Virus record (IMG/VR): IMGVR_UViG_2711768033_000002
DNA length: 24,790 bases
Source: a virus
Taxonomy: Duplodnaviria > Heunggongvirae > Uroviricota > Caudoviricetes
Direction: 5' to 3' (one strand)
This document shows, in pieces, positions 10,143-18,816 of this stretch. Both the position numbers and the translations under genes were made by a program. Under the pieces are notes generated by a model. The model saw nothing but the letters and a program-made list of their open reading frames with translations, ran no database searches and was not told the origin of the DNA. Position 1 is the stretch's first letter. Each line of letters begins with the position of its first letter.

Positions 10143-11105
10143 TCAACTAATCGCCTCAGCACTGGCTTTTGCGATCACGGCAGCCGGGGAATTTTTTTTT
10201 CTGGTTATCGTAGGTGCTTCATCTGCTGCGGTAATGCTCAATTGAACCTGGATAATGTCGCTATTACCCCCATCAGGCCATTCACCTGACACCTGAACCT
10301 TCGGGAAACTGAAAGTGTATGCCCCCTCTCCATTCGAAAGCGTGAAGCTGAACGGAACTGTTTCTCCAGTCAGTGTTTTACTCCAGATTTCCCACGCGGC
10401 TTTAGACCATGAAAGCGTCACCGTACCGGACGGTGTAAAAGTAGTCGGAATATTTGCTCCTGCATAAGGCGAGCCAGTCCCGATACAACGCTGTGTCTGG
10501 AGTTTGTTATCGAACTGAATATCAAAACTGTCGATACAAAAACCGTTACCTCCGGCAACACCATTCAGGCTTACTGCTGAAACCTCCTTAAACGAATAAC
10601 GTAGCTTTCCTGCACTATCCACAGGTTCGCCTTTGATAAAATTCGTATCATCGGCCTTTGATTCCCAGTCCAGTCCGGCAAAGGTTACGGTCGCTGTAAT
10701 ATCGCCGTCGTTAGGGATCTGCATTTTCCATGAGCCAACCTGCGCTCCTCTGACGACAGAGGCAATTCCGACATCGGACGCATAGGTCGCCAGAGAAAAT
10801 GTTATTCGCTCATTCCCCATTGTCAGAGAATCGCCTGACCATTCCGCGCCGAAACAGGATGCAAGAAAATCATCATGTTGACCCCAGCGAAATTTGGTAC
10901 CAACATCACCGCCGACATCCACAGTGCCAGGCGTCGCCCCCTGAGCCATCCGGGAGCCACCAATCTCATTATTTTCGCCTTTATTCTGGGTGGGTTTTAC
11001 TCCCCAGCTTGTGCGTTTTAATAAACTCCAGTCACCACTTGCTGGCGTAGTGCCTGCAACCGTCTCCCGGATAAATGCCGAGATAACCTTTGCACCTGAA
11101 CTCAC
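10143..11105 (-). CDS. Major tail (tube) protein
   Basis: 320 aa, Gly/Thr/Ser-rich, immediately upstream of the G/GT chaperones; GTG start 11103-11105 preceded by GGAGG with 5-nt spacing and an in-frame TAG just upstream. Confidence 0.8.
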   Translation of the reverse strand: MSSGAKVISAFIRETVAGTTPASGDWSLLKRTSWGVKPTQNKGENNEIGGSRMAQGATPGTVDVGGDVGTKFRWGQHDDFLASCFGAEWSGDSLTMGNERITFSLATYASDVGIASVVRGAQVGSWKMQIPNDGDITATVTFAGLDWESKADDTNFIKGEPVDSAGKLRYSFKEVSAVSLNGVAGGNGFCIDSFDIQFDNKLQTQRCIGTGSPYAGANIPTTFTPSGTVTLSWSKAAWEIWSKTLTGETVPFSFTLSNGEGAYTFSFPKVQVSGEWPDGGNSDIIQVQLSITAADEAPTITRKKNSPAAVIAKASAEAIS

Positions 11106-11131
11106 AGGAGCCTCCTATGTCATTAATTGCG

Positions 11132-11524
11132 CTAGAGCGCGCGATATGGAATTTGAAGATTAAGCTGGAACCAGCCATTCTTTTCGCCAACGGCTATTGA
11201 GGAAACAGCCTGGTAACTGAGACGATCGTCATCCTGAAACTCAAACAGTTCCCGCAATTTATCGGCTGTCTCAGTAATGAGTTTTGAACCAGAACCTGCG
11301 GGGACAAATAACTGAATAATGATTATCCCCGTGCGATAAACAATCGGCCCCGCGCCAATTTCATTAACTCCAGCCTGCCCGGGAATATTACTTAACCGCG
11401 CCCAGATTAACTTACCGGAAGGATCGAACGTTGGCGCGTTCGGATACAATACGTCTTTTCCATCAATAATCGTCTGTGCCGTCATTCTGGAAATAACCGT
11501 ATTTCTGATTTCAGTAAACGTCAT
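11132..11524 (-). CDS. Tail completion / tail terminator-like protein
   Basis: 130 aa ORF directly upstream of the major tail gene; ATGA overlap with the preceding gene; assignment is by synteny only. Confidence 0.55.
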   Translation of the reverse strand: MTFTEIRNTVISRMTAQTIIDGKDVLYPNAPTFDPSGKLIWARLSNIPGQAGVNEIGAGPIVYRTGIIIIQLFVPAGSGSKLITETADKLRELFEFQDDDRLSYQAVSSIAVGEKNGWFQLNLQIPYRAL

Positions 11525-11901
11525 TTGTAAGCCTGTAAAACACCATGAAAAGCGTTGGCATACACGCCAGTTGGCGCTTGTTGTGAATGACCGTTTTCAA
11601 GAGCCTCTGCATAAGGAAGGTTATTCTGGATATAAATAACTCCGTAATTTGCAGCTTTCGAAATAACCCCGATCCCACGCTGAACAGCAATCGTACCGTT
11701 CGGATCCACGTTATCAGATATACCAAAATCGGGATGCTGTAACGACACCAGGTTGTTATTTCTGAAACGTCCGGTATCAACCGGAGCAGCAATATCAATA
11801 GCAGTAAGAATCTGAATAGCGATGTAGCGAATCTTCAGCCCTACATCTTCCTCAATCATCCCGGCAAATATTGACGGTTCTATATCCCATGCCTTTGCCA
11901 T
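11521..11901 (-). CDS. HK97 gp10-family head-tail joining protein
   Basis: 126 aa; PVDTGRFRNN and NNLPYAEALENG resemble the HK97 gp10 family signature as I recall it; located in the neck gene block. Confidence 0.6.
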   Translation of the reverse strand: MAKAWDIEPSIFAGMIEEDVGLKIRYIAIQILTAIDIAAPVDTGRFRNNNLVSLQHPDFGISDNVDPNGTIAVQRGIGVISKAANYGVIYIQNNLPYAEALENGHSQQAPTGVYANAFHGVLQAYK

Positions 11902-12285
11902 TTACGCTCTCCTTAACTGGATAGAGTAAACTGATGCGGAAGGATCTACACTTGCTGTAATTACCTCGTATCGTTGTAACTGCCTTGATACAGGATCATA
12001 AATCTCAATAATATGGTCGACAGCTGGTTTATCCGTAACCTCGCATACCAGAGCGGTTAATTTAAGGTCACCATGCAAAATATTAATCCCATCAATTCTG
12101 CCCAGCTTATAACGTGTCAACACGCCTCGCCCGGTATAGATTGCGGTGGATTCGCCGCCAGTTTCCGTCACAGGATCCCAGTGCCGGTGCGTAACGTAAG
12201 AACCAGAAAAATCACTCACGGCGTCCGCTAAATCCTCATCAAAAGCAGCGGCAACCTCTGACTGAATCTCTTCACGAAGCCCCAT
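11902..12285 (-). CDS. Head-tail adaptor / head closure protein (neck)
   Basis: 127 aa ORF tightly packed between connector-like and gp10-like genes; assignment by synteny. Confidence 0.5.
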   Translation of the reverse strand: MGLREEIQSEVAAAFDEDLADAVSDFSGSYVTHRHWDPVTETGGESTAIYTGRGVLTRYKLGRIDGINILHGDLKLTALVCEVTDKPAVDHIIEIYDPVSRQLQRYEVITASVDPSASVYSIQLRRA

Positions 12286-12680
12286 TATCCCCCCCTCACA
12301 ACCCTGACTTGTGAGCGACTAAGTCCGTACGGTTTCAGCAGTGCTATCGCAAGCTGTAAATCGGGTTCAAGCAATGCAGTGCTGTTTGCTGGCAACTCAG
12401 AAAATGATTTCGATACACTGACCCCGTCAGCCGACACGGCTTTACTGATAACAACGCCAGAATCATTTTTCTGCTGAAACAACTTACCGAATGAGGCAAT
12501 TCTGGCTGCATATGCTCCCGCAAGTTTTACCTCTTCCGGAATACGGGATGGGTTAATTTTCAGGTTGAAGCCATTAAGCCAGGCATTAGCCATTAAAACA
12601 GCTTTATTTTTAGCGTTCTCACTCGTCCAGGCGTTCCCAAACGCATTATCAACGTCATCACAGGTCACGTAAGTGATCAT
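12285..12680 (-). CDS. Head-tail connector protein (gp6-like)
   Basis: 131 aa; first gene after the capsid terminator and small ORF; AGGAG-type RBS upstream of the ATG at 12678-12680. Confidence 0.55.
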   Translation of the reverse strand: MITYVTCDDVDNAFGNAWTSENAKNKAVLMANAWLNGFNLKINPSRIPEEVKLAGAYAARIASFGKLFQQKNDSGVVISKAVSADGVSVSKSFSELPANSTALLEPDLQLAIALLKPYGLSRSQVRVVRGG

Positions 12681-12683
12681 GTG

Positions 12684-12860
12684 TTACTCCTGAGTTTTCC
12701 AGCCCATAGCCTTCCAGTTGTCAACTTCATCAGGATGAACATTAGCGATAGTTGGTGCGCCGGGAAACATCTGATAATCGGTCACCATAACCACTAACTC
12801 AATTTGCGTTTTTTGTGCGGCTTCACGCTGTGCTCTTTGCTCTTTAGTTAATCCGGCCAT
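12684..12860 (-). CDS. Small hypothetical protein (58 aa), absent from the ORF track
   Basis: ATG at 12858-12860 after a GGGGGG run; translates MAGLTKEQRAQREAAQKTQIELVVMVTDYQMFPGAPTIANVHPDEVDNWKAMGWKTQE; TAA at 12684-12686 lies 3 nt before the next gene's ATG. Confidence 0.4.
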   Translation of the reverse strand: MAGLTKEQRAQREAAQKTQIELVVMVTDYQMFPGAPTIANVHPDEVDNWKAMGWKTQE

Positions 12861-12867
12861 ATGCCCC

Positions 12868-12893
12868 CCATTAAAAATGGGGCCGAAGCCCCG
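12868..12893 (-). terminator. Rho-independent terminator after the major capsid gene
   Basis: Minus-strand GGGGC TTCG GCCCC followed by ATTTTTAAT (plus 12879-12892 ggggccgaagcccc); begins about 10 nt after the capsid TAA. Confidence 0.7.
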
Positions 12894-12902
12894 TTTGAAT
12901 GT

Positions 12903-14042
12903 TTAACCAAGAATCAGACAACCATGTGCCGGCTTCACTGATGAAACACCCCATGCCAGTCCAACTTCATAGCGCACCTGGCGATACTGACGATACAGTG
13001 CAATCTGGAACGTAATCCCTGAAATCGGGTCCGTAACATTCATTACATCATCAGCATTATCGCCACCTTCCGGCATTGCCGGAGTACGGGATGCCAGCAG
13101 AAACGCGTTGCGATCAAACGCCATATTTGCCGTAAAGGCCCCAACAACTGTGATGGCAGTATCATCGGCCAGATCCTGACGCAGTCCGGGCGCTGCAAGA
13201 GTAATCAGATTGCTGGTCGCTGCTGCCACAACATACTGATTCGGATCACCAGCGAACGTAACAATCTGACCTGCAGAAATACTCCCCGAACCAGTATCAA
13301 TGGAAATAAGAACATCGCCTTCTTTTTTCTCTCCATTCACGAGATAACCAGTTGCAGCAACCTTTGGCGCTCGTTTCACACCTGCCGAACTGTGAATATT
13401 GAATCCCTCCAGACGCCCCAACACGCCCTCACGCAGTAGCTGTTCAGTGCCGGATTCATTCACTTTAAACAATACAGACTGTTTTCCGCGCAAATTAGCA
13501 ATGGCAGTGGAGCCAAGCACCATCTGCAGATCGGTTGTCGGTGCGCCGTTATCCTCCAGAACCTGACGAGCCAGAGCAGCATCAGAAAGATCATCTTTAA
13601 CACCAAACGGCGTTGTCCCTGCGGTTCCCACGGCGCGGGAAGCACCGAAATACAACGCACCAAGATCAGCCTCAACCTCGTTTGCAAGGGCGCGAAAAGC
13701 CTGCTTGAACTGATCAGCCAGAATGGTGTTGTAAGTCCCTGAAGGGCCAAGAGCCAGTTGTTCTTCACCATTCCATTTAACCGGTGCCATTTTGGATTTA
13801 GTAATTTTTACATCAACAGTGCCAATATTTTGATCACCGGTATTCGGAGCTGACGGCCCCGGTACGATATCTTCGGTTTTCGCCTCAGGCGCAACTGGCG
13901 CGGTTACCGTCTGATCTTTTGCTGCGGCGTCAGCTTTTACGTTTTTTGCTACCGCAGGGATAAAACCTACCTGCTCACGGGATACAACATCCAGGGCGGT
14001 ATAAATAGTCGGGATCAACCCGGTCAGGGTATTTCCAGCCAT
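12903..14042 (-). CDS. Major capsid protein
   Basis: About 380 aa from the internal ATG at 14040-14042 (MAGNTLTGLIPT...) preceded by AAGGAA; the 31-codon track extension upstream reads like intergenic AT-rich sequence; followed by a strong terminator. Confidence 0.8.
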   Translation of the reverse strand: MAGNTLTGLIPTIYTALDVVSREQVGFIPAVAKNVKADAAAKDQTVTAPVAPEAKTEDIVPGPSAPNTGDQNIGTVDVKITKSKMAPVKWNGEEQLALGPSGTYNTILADQFKQAFRALANEVEADLGALYFGASRAVGTAGTTPFGVKDDLSDAALARQVLEDNGAPTTDLQMVLGSTAIANLRGKQSVLFKVNESGTEQLLREGVLGRLEGFNIHSSAGVKRAPKVAATGYLVNGEKKEGDVLISIDTGSGSISAGQIVTFAGDPNQYVVAAATSNLITLAAPGLRQDLADDTAITVVGAFTANMAFDRNAFLLASRTPAMPEGGDNADDVMNVTDPISGITFQIALYRQYRQVRYEVGLAWGVSSVKPAHGCLILG

Positions 14043-14140
14043 AATTAAATATTCCTTAAAAATTTGCGTAATTGTGAATAGATGGAGTAATGAGCTATCC
14101 AGCCCTGACACCAGCTCCCATCCGGAAGCTGACAAATGTG

Positions 14141-14905
14141 TTAATCAACGATTGTGATACCGTCTTTCAATGCGTTTTGCTTACCTGCAACATCCAGTGC
14201 ATCAAAAGCAGAGCGTTTCATCGTTTTCTGACCAATATCATGCTGTGTCGGACGGGAGCCGCCGCCATTGTTGCCACTGGCTTTCAGGATGTAGTCTTTC
14301 TGAGGGTAATTTTCGACAAGGAACTCCAGCGCCTCATCAAACTGCGCCAGTTCGCCAGGCTTCGCGCGGGAATAAATTTTGTTGCCGGAAGCGTCATAAG
14401 CAACGATCTTCCCTTCTTCCACTTTGAATGCCTGCCCGAAGCGGGCTTGTAATAAATCTGCCGGGATCGCAATTTTATCGGCAATATATTTTGAACCCGC
14501 AAAACTACCGCCAATCATAGAATCGTAAAGCTGCGTCTCCAGCATCTGAGAGCGTTGCTTTTCTTCATCTAATTGCTGCTGAAAATTTTTCGTAATTTCT
14601 GCCTTAACCTGGTCAACCTGTCCCGCATCGATCAGCTTTTTCTGGTCGATTTTTAACAGCATTTCCAGTGCCTCGATCGCCTTCTTCGGGTCTTCGATAG
14701 CGGCAAACTTAGCCAGTTTTTCCTCTGCAGCTTCTTTAGCCAGGCGATGATTTTTTGCCTCGCCATTAAGCTCTGTAATTTTTTTTATCGCCAGCGGTGC
14801 ATCGAAGCCGATTTCTTTACCATCGTCGTGCACATAAACTGGCAGGCCAGCAGTATCAATTTCTGCGTATTGTTTTCCGTTAATCTCGACCGTTTTCAGT
14901 TTCAT
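14141..14905 (-). CDS. Head scaffolding protein
   Basis: 254 aa from ATG 14903-14905 (MKLKTVEINGK...); coiled-coil-rich with a Gly-rich C-terminal tail; sits between the MuF-like and capsid genes. Confidence 0.6.
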   Translation of the reverse strand: MKLKTVEINGKQYAEIDTAGLPVYVHDDGKEIGFDAPLAIKKITELNGEAKNHRLAKEAAEEKLAKFAAIEDPKKAIEALEMLLKIDQKKLIDAGQVDQVKAEITKNFQQQLDEEKQRSQMLETQLYDSMIGGSFAGSKYIADKIAIPADLLQARFGQAFKVEEGKIVAYDASGNKIYSRAKPGELAQFDEALEFLVENYPQKDYILKASGNNGGGSRPTQHDIGQKTMKRSAFDALDVAGKQNALKDGITIVD

Positions 14906-14960
14906 ATTAGTACCTGGTTTAAGTCTTCCGACAGTTACGCTGCTCACCATCCGGATCGCA

Positions 14961-14989
14961 GCAATAAAAAAGGCCACCCGAAGGTAGCC
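14961..14989 (-). terminator. Rho-independent terminator between the head morphogenesis and scaffold genes
   Basis: Minus-strand GGCTACC TTCG GGTGGCC (one G-U pair) followed by TTTTTTATTGC; plus 14972-14989. Confidence 0.55.
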
Positions 14990-15009
14990 TGTTGTAATAA
15001 ATGATTTAT

Positions 15010-16125
15010 TTAAATCCCTGCTTTTCTGAATACCTGTGCATCACGCTCACGGAGTTGCTTCAGCGTCAGCCATTCGCCTTTATCGGTGTAAAATTCATCT
15101 GGCGACATACCGCCATCCCGAATCAGCTTTGCCCGGGTTTCCCCCACAATCTGTTTTTGTCTGGTGTAAGGCTGACGCAAAAACCATTCCCTGTAGGTTG
15201 TATCTCCGGCCACCACGCCATCCATGCTGGCCCGCTCAGCCGGGGAAATATCACGAACATCAATACCCAGTTCCTTCGCTGATTTCAGAATGAACGTTTC
15301 CGTTGAGCGGCAGCAGAAATGAATTTTTCCCGGCCCATGCAAATAAGGCACACTGTGACCTACAGGTTTATTATCCAGCGTATATTTGAGGCGATCCCTG
15401 ATTCGACATTGTGGCGTAGTACGATTATCAAGCGTTGATAACCATTGCTTACCCTTAATCAAATCATTATTCGCGCTGGCAAAACTCTCACGGGCAGTAG
15501 CAGCAAGATGTCCAACCGCTGTTTTTGCAATGCTGGCCGCATTAGCCCGGCTCATCTGCAATGCACCATCCTGAAATCCCTTGCTGACATGTCCCCGAAT
15601 TTTTCTTGCGATCTGCTCATTGGTATCCCCCAGCAAAAAACCCTGACGCACCGTATTTGTTATGCGTCTGAGCCGATCCGCCTCAAGATCCAAGGCCCAC
15701 TCACTGAGCAGTCGTCCCTGGAATGGTCGCGCCATTGCAGCGGCGTAAAGTGCATCAGAAGATATACCAACCAGAGGGTGAACATCAGCAACAAAATCAG
15801 GTAGCAGAGAATCAAACAGACTTAACTGATAACCAGCCTCATAAATTGCCAGCTCGTTCAGCTCTCCGGAGAGACTGGTAAACATGCTGTTAATAGCAGC
15901 GCGGTTAACCTCTCTGACACTCGCCAGAAGTGACTCCAGGCGCGTAACGGTAAAACTACCAGGATCGAGGCTGTCCAGTGCTACCAGCAGGCGAGCTGTA
16001 AGCTCCGCATCGCTGTCATTCAGTATTTTCACCATTCTGGCAGCCACACCAGTGCTATAGCGGGATATCCAGACTGCATGAGCAATTGATTCATCACGCA
16101 GCCGTTCATTCACGGTTTGCATCAT
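15010..16125 (-). CDS. Head morphogenesis protein (Mu F / SPP1 gp7 family)
   Basis: 371 aa directly downstream of the portal gene; the Mu F / SPP1 gp7 family call rests on this position plus general resemblance. Confidence 0.75.
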   Translation of the reverse strand: MMQTVNERLRDESIAHAVWISRYSTGVAARMVKILNDSDAELTARLLVALDSLDPGSFTVTRLESLLASVREVNRAAINSMFTSLSGELNELAIYEAGYQLSLFDSLLPDFVADVHPLVGISSDALYAAAMARPFQGRLLSEWALDLEADRLRRITNTVRQGFLLGDTNEQIARKIRGHVSKGFQDGALQMSRANAASIAKTAVGHLAATARESFASANNDLIKGKQWLSTLDNRTTPQCRIRDRLKYTLDNKPVGHSVPYLHGPGKIHFCCRSTETFILKSAKELGIDVRDISPAERASMDGVVAGDTTYREWFLRQPYTRQKQIVGETRAKLIRDGGMSPDEFYTDKGEWLTLKQLRERDAQVFRKAGI

Positions 16126-17512
16126 TGATTTCCATCAACATTACACTCTGATTTTTTAATTCATCGATCACATCCTCTGGACGGGAATCCTGATCGATAA
16201 ATTTCAACGCCTGCAACACCCGAACCGCATCAATCTGACGTATATCACCGCCCTGACGCAATGACTGAACAGCCAGCGCGGAGGATGAGTCAAACACCTG
16301 GGCAGATACATCCAGTTCAGTGCGCACATCCACATTGCCACCGCAACTCTCTCCGCTCCATTCCGCCATTATCTGGAGAATATTATCGAGGGCATCTTCG
16401 AGGGAGTTCGCCATTGTATAAAGCGGCGAGTGTTCCTGCATCCGCTCTTCATTAGTCTGATCAACAGATTTGGTGGATGTATTTTCAGCCCGCAGAAGTT
16501 TAGCGCCGGCATGACGCATCTGATTTTCCAGCTTCTCAAGTGATGTTTCGCCAGATTCTATCGCTGCGCCACTATGTTCAACATATTCGAGGCCATTTTT
16601 TGTTCTGTCCTCAAAAATCGTAGCCGTGGATGCACCAACCGTCAGTTCTTCATTCCTGTCCAGCCCGTAGGCCACCAGCAATGGAACGCGGGCAACATGA
16701 AGAATATTGTCCTGCTCGCTCTGGCTTTGCCAGTGCTTGATATTCAGCAAGCCAAGATTAAGCAATGGCGGTGTACCACGCATAAACCCTGTTTTCTTCG
16801 TATACAGTGTTACCAGAGGAATATCATCACGGCTGGTATTCCATGACTCATGAAGCATCCAGACAGATTCGCCATTAGTACCTTCGCTGCGTCGATAAAT
16901 TTCTACTCGACGGGGCATAATATGGCGGATCTGCTCCACCTTCTTCTGCCCGAAATCATCACCATCAATAATGATGACCTCTTTTATACGCAAATCAGTG
17001 AGAACAACTTTCCCTTTTTCAACTTTCGATTTCCATCCAATAACCTGGCGTGGATTCAGCATCGTAACGTACGGGCGACCACCGGCCGCGTTTTCATCGG
17101 CTTTTGTCCGAATCTCGTTCATATCCGTTCGTGGATAGTCCACCAGCGCATGTGCCACACCATACTGAAATGCGAGACTGAAAAATTGCTGCGCCCACAC
17201 ATCCAGTCGGCTCCCCTCCATGTCGATATTTTCTGCATATTCCCTGATTTTTTCCGGCGTTTCCTCACTCAATACTGTCGGCTCTGCAAATATGCGCCCA
17301 ATATTTTGTTTGATGCTTTCTTCATACACAGGAAGTAACGTAGCCACAGACAGGCGTTTTTTATAAGCGTCTTCATCTTCATTAGGCCATTTGGGGAGAT
17401 AATTTTCCCCCTGCCTGCGCATTTCAAGCGTACCGCCCATCAATGCGTCGTTAATATCCCACGCCTCCAGCATATCGTTATAGTCGAGGTTGGGTGTTGA
17501 TATATCAGCCAT
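16106..17512 (-). CDS. Portal protein
   Basis: 468 aa ORF immediately after the large terminase gene (TAA-TT-ATG coupling); size and acidic C-terminal region are typical of portals. Confidence 0.8.
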   Translation of the reverse strand: MADISTPNLDYNDMLEAWDINDALMGGTLEMRRQGENYLPKWPNEDEDAYKKRLSVATLLPVYEESIKQNIGRIFAEPTVLSEETPEKIREYAENIDMEGSRLDVWAQQFFSLAFQYGVAHALVDYPRTDMNEIRTKADENAAGGRPYVTMLNPRQVIGWKSKVEKGKVVLTDLRIKEVIIIDGDDFGQKKVEQIRHIMPRRVEIYRRSEGTNGESVWMLHESWNTSRDDIPLVTLYTKKTGFMRGTPPLLNLGLLNIKHWQSQSEQDNILHVARVPLLVAYGLDRNEELTVGASTATIFEDRTKNGLEYVEHSGAAIESGETSLEKLENQMRHAGAKLLRAENTSTKSVDQTNEERMQEHSPLYTMANSLEDALDNILQIMAEWSGESCGGNVDVRTELDVSAQVFDSSSALAVQSLRQGGDIRQIDAVRVLQALKFIDQDSRPEDVIDELKNQSVMLMEINDANRE

Positions 17513-17514
17513 AA

Positions 17515-18816
17515 TTAAATCCGAAGTGATGTGACTCTTCCGGTCGGTTTGACAATAGGGAATTGCTTAACGATGAAATAACCTCCGGCATCATTCGGGT
17601 GATCATTGCCAGATTTTTTATCAGGCTCCCCCTTATCATCCCAGACCTGTTGCTCCAGAGATTCGGCATATACCGGACAACGCTTCACATTAACTTTATA
17701 GCGACGCTCACCATTGGCATTGCAGAACATTGCATTCATTGAGTTAACGCGATCTTTTACTGGCGGGTTCGAGCTGTTCACCACAACGTTAAAACCTGCC
17801 TGCTTAAGCTGGGCTATATCCGTCGTACTTGCGTTACTTGATTTTCTGGAATCTCCGGAAGCATCTGGATAAATATAAATCTCCCTCACTTTCCGGTAAT
17901 CATGCCCGTCATACAGCCAGAAGCGTTCTTTAATGAGGCGGATCATATCCGGCGTATCGTAGGCATTGATGATTTCAGTTACCGCACATGGAAGCCCCAA
18001 ACGCAGCACATGGACGATTCCCGCCATCTTTCCAACGTTAAAATCCATCCCAATATAAATCGGCTCCCCTGGCTGCTCCACTTCTTCGCAATTATTCAGT
18101 TTCCGGTCAAACTGATGGTAAACAGTACCACTTGTCAGGTTAGTAAACCGTCCTAGAAGATAGGCTTTAATCAGCTCTGGAGGGTATGATTCAAGAAGTG
18201 AAGGAATGTAATCTGCTGGCAGGTTCTTTTCATTATCGAAAGTAGATGCCTGCACCAGACCATACAGTGAGGCCAGCTCTGTTTTTTCACGCACGGCTTT
18301 AACAAACTGCTCGTAGACAAATTTGAATCCTTCCGGCGTGGTTGTAACGTCAATACCGTTGCGAAGTCCATCAATCTTATAACGCATACGCGCAATTATC
18401 TTGCGCCACGCCGTTCTGGCTTTTTCCTTCGGCAAAATGTCCAGTTCATCCACCAGCGCATTACCAATTTTGAAACCGACGATCGTTTGTGGCTTCTCCA
18501 TCGATCTGCAGATAGTGGTTCCCCGATACTGGCGTCCGTAATAAAAGTGAACCTCTTTATTTCCCTCATTAATTTTTACGTTCAATCCCCAGTCAGCAGC
18601 AACTTCTTCCACTGTAGGGTAAAAAATATCGCGAATTTGGGGATACGTTGGCGCAAAATATCCCTGATTTATACCTGGATGCGCCCAAATCCCCTTGCAT
18701 ATGCCGCCACACCCAACCCATGTTTTGCCCGAGCCAAAACCAGCAATATAGGCTTTAAATTTATGGGGCATTGAAAGAAATCGCGCCTGAGGCACATTAA
18801 GCGTCGGAGAGATCAT
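17515..18816 (-). CDS. Terminase large subunit
   Basis: Walker A AGFGSGKTW near the N-terminus; acidic motif IYIYPDASGDS in the C-terminal nuclease half; the ATG at 18814-18816 (MISPTLNV...) lies 8 nt after AAGGAG, while the track start at 18825 is GTG. Confidence 0.9.
   Translation of the reverse strand: MISPTLNVPQARFLSMPHKFKAYIAGFGSGKTWVGCGGICKGIWAHPGINQGYFAPTYPQIRDIFYPTVEEVAADWGLNVKINEGNKEVHFYYGRQYRGTTICRSMEKPQTIVGFKIGNALVDELDILPKEKARTAWRKIIARMRYKIDGLRNGIDVTTTPEGFKFVYEQFVKAVREKTELASLYGLVQASTFDNEKNLPADYIPSLLESYPPELIKAYLLGRFTNLTSGTVYHQFDRKLNNCEEVEQPGEPIYIGMDFNVGKMAGIVHVLRLGLPCAVTEIINAYDTPDMIRLIKERFWLYDGHDYRKVREIYIYPDASGDSRKSSNASTTDIAQLKQAGFNVVVNSSNPPVKDRVNSMNAMFCNANGERRYKVNVKRCPVYAESLEQQVWDDKGEPDKKSGNDHPNDAGGYFIVKQFPIVKPTGRVTSLRI

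Noticed and set aside
10192-10200. T9 homopolymer (A9 on the coding strand) near the 3' end of the major tail gene, considered as a programmed frameshift site giving an extended tail protein.
   Set aside because: Both alternative frames hit stop codons within about 15 codons, so no extended product is possible. It is treated as a plain homopolymer, at most a sequencing-error or slippage hotspot.
14043-14135. ORF-track N-terminal extensions of the major capsid ORF (to 14135) and the scaffold ORF (14906-14977).
   Set aside because: The extensions run through AT-rich intergenic sequence, in the scaffold case through the terminator hairpin, and lack RBSs. Internal ATGs with AAGGAA or AGG upstream give typical N-termini.
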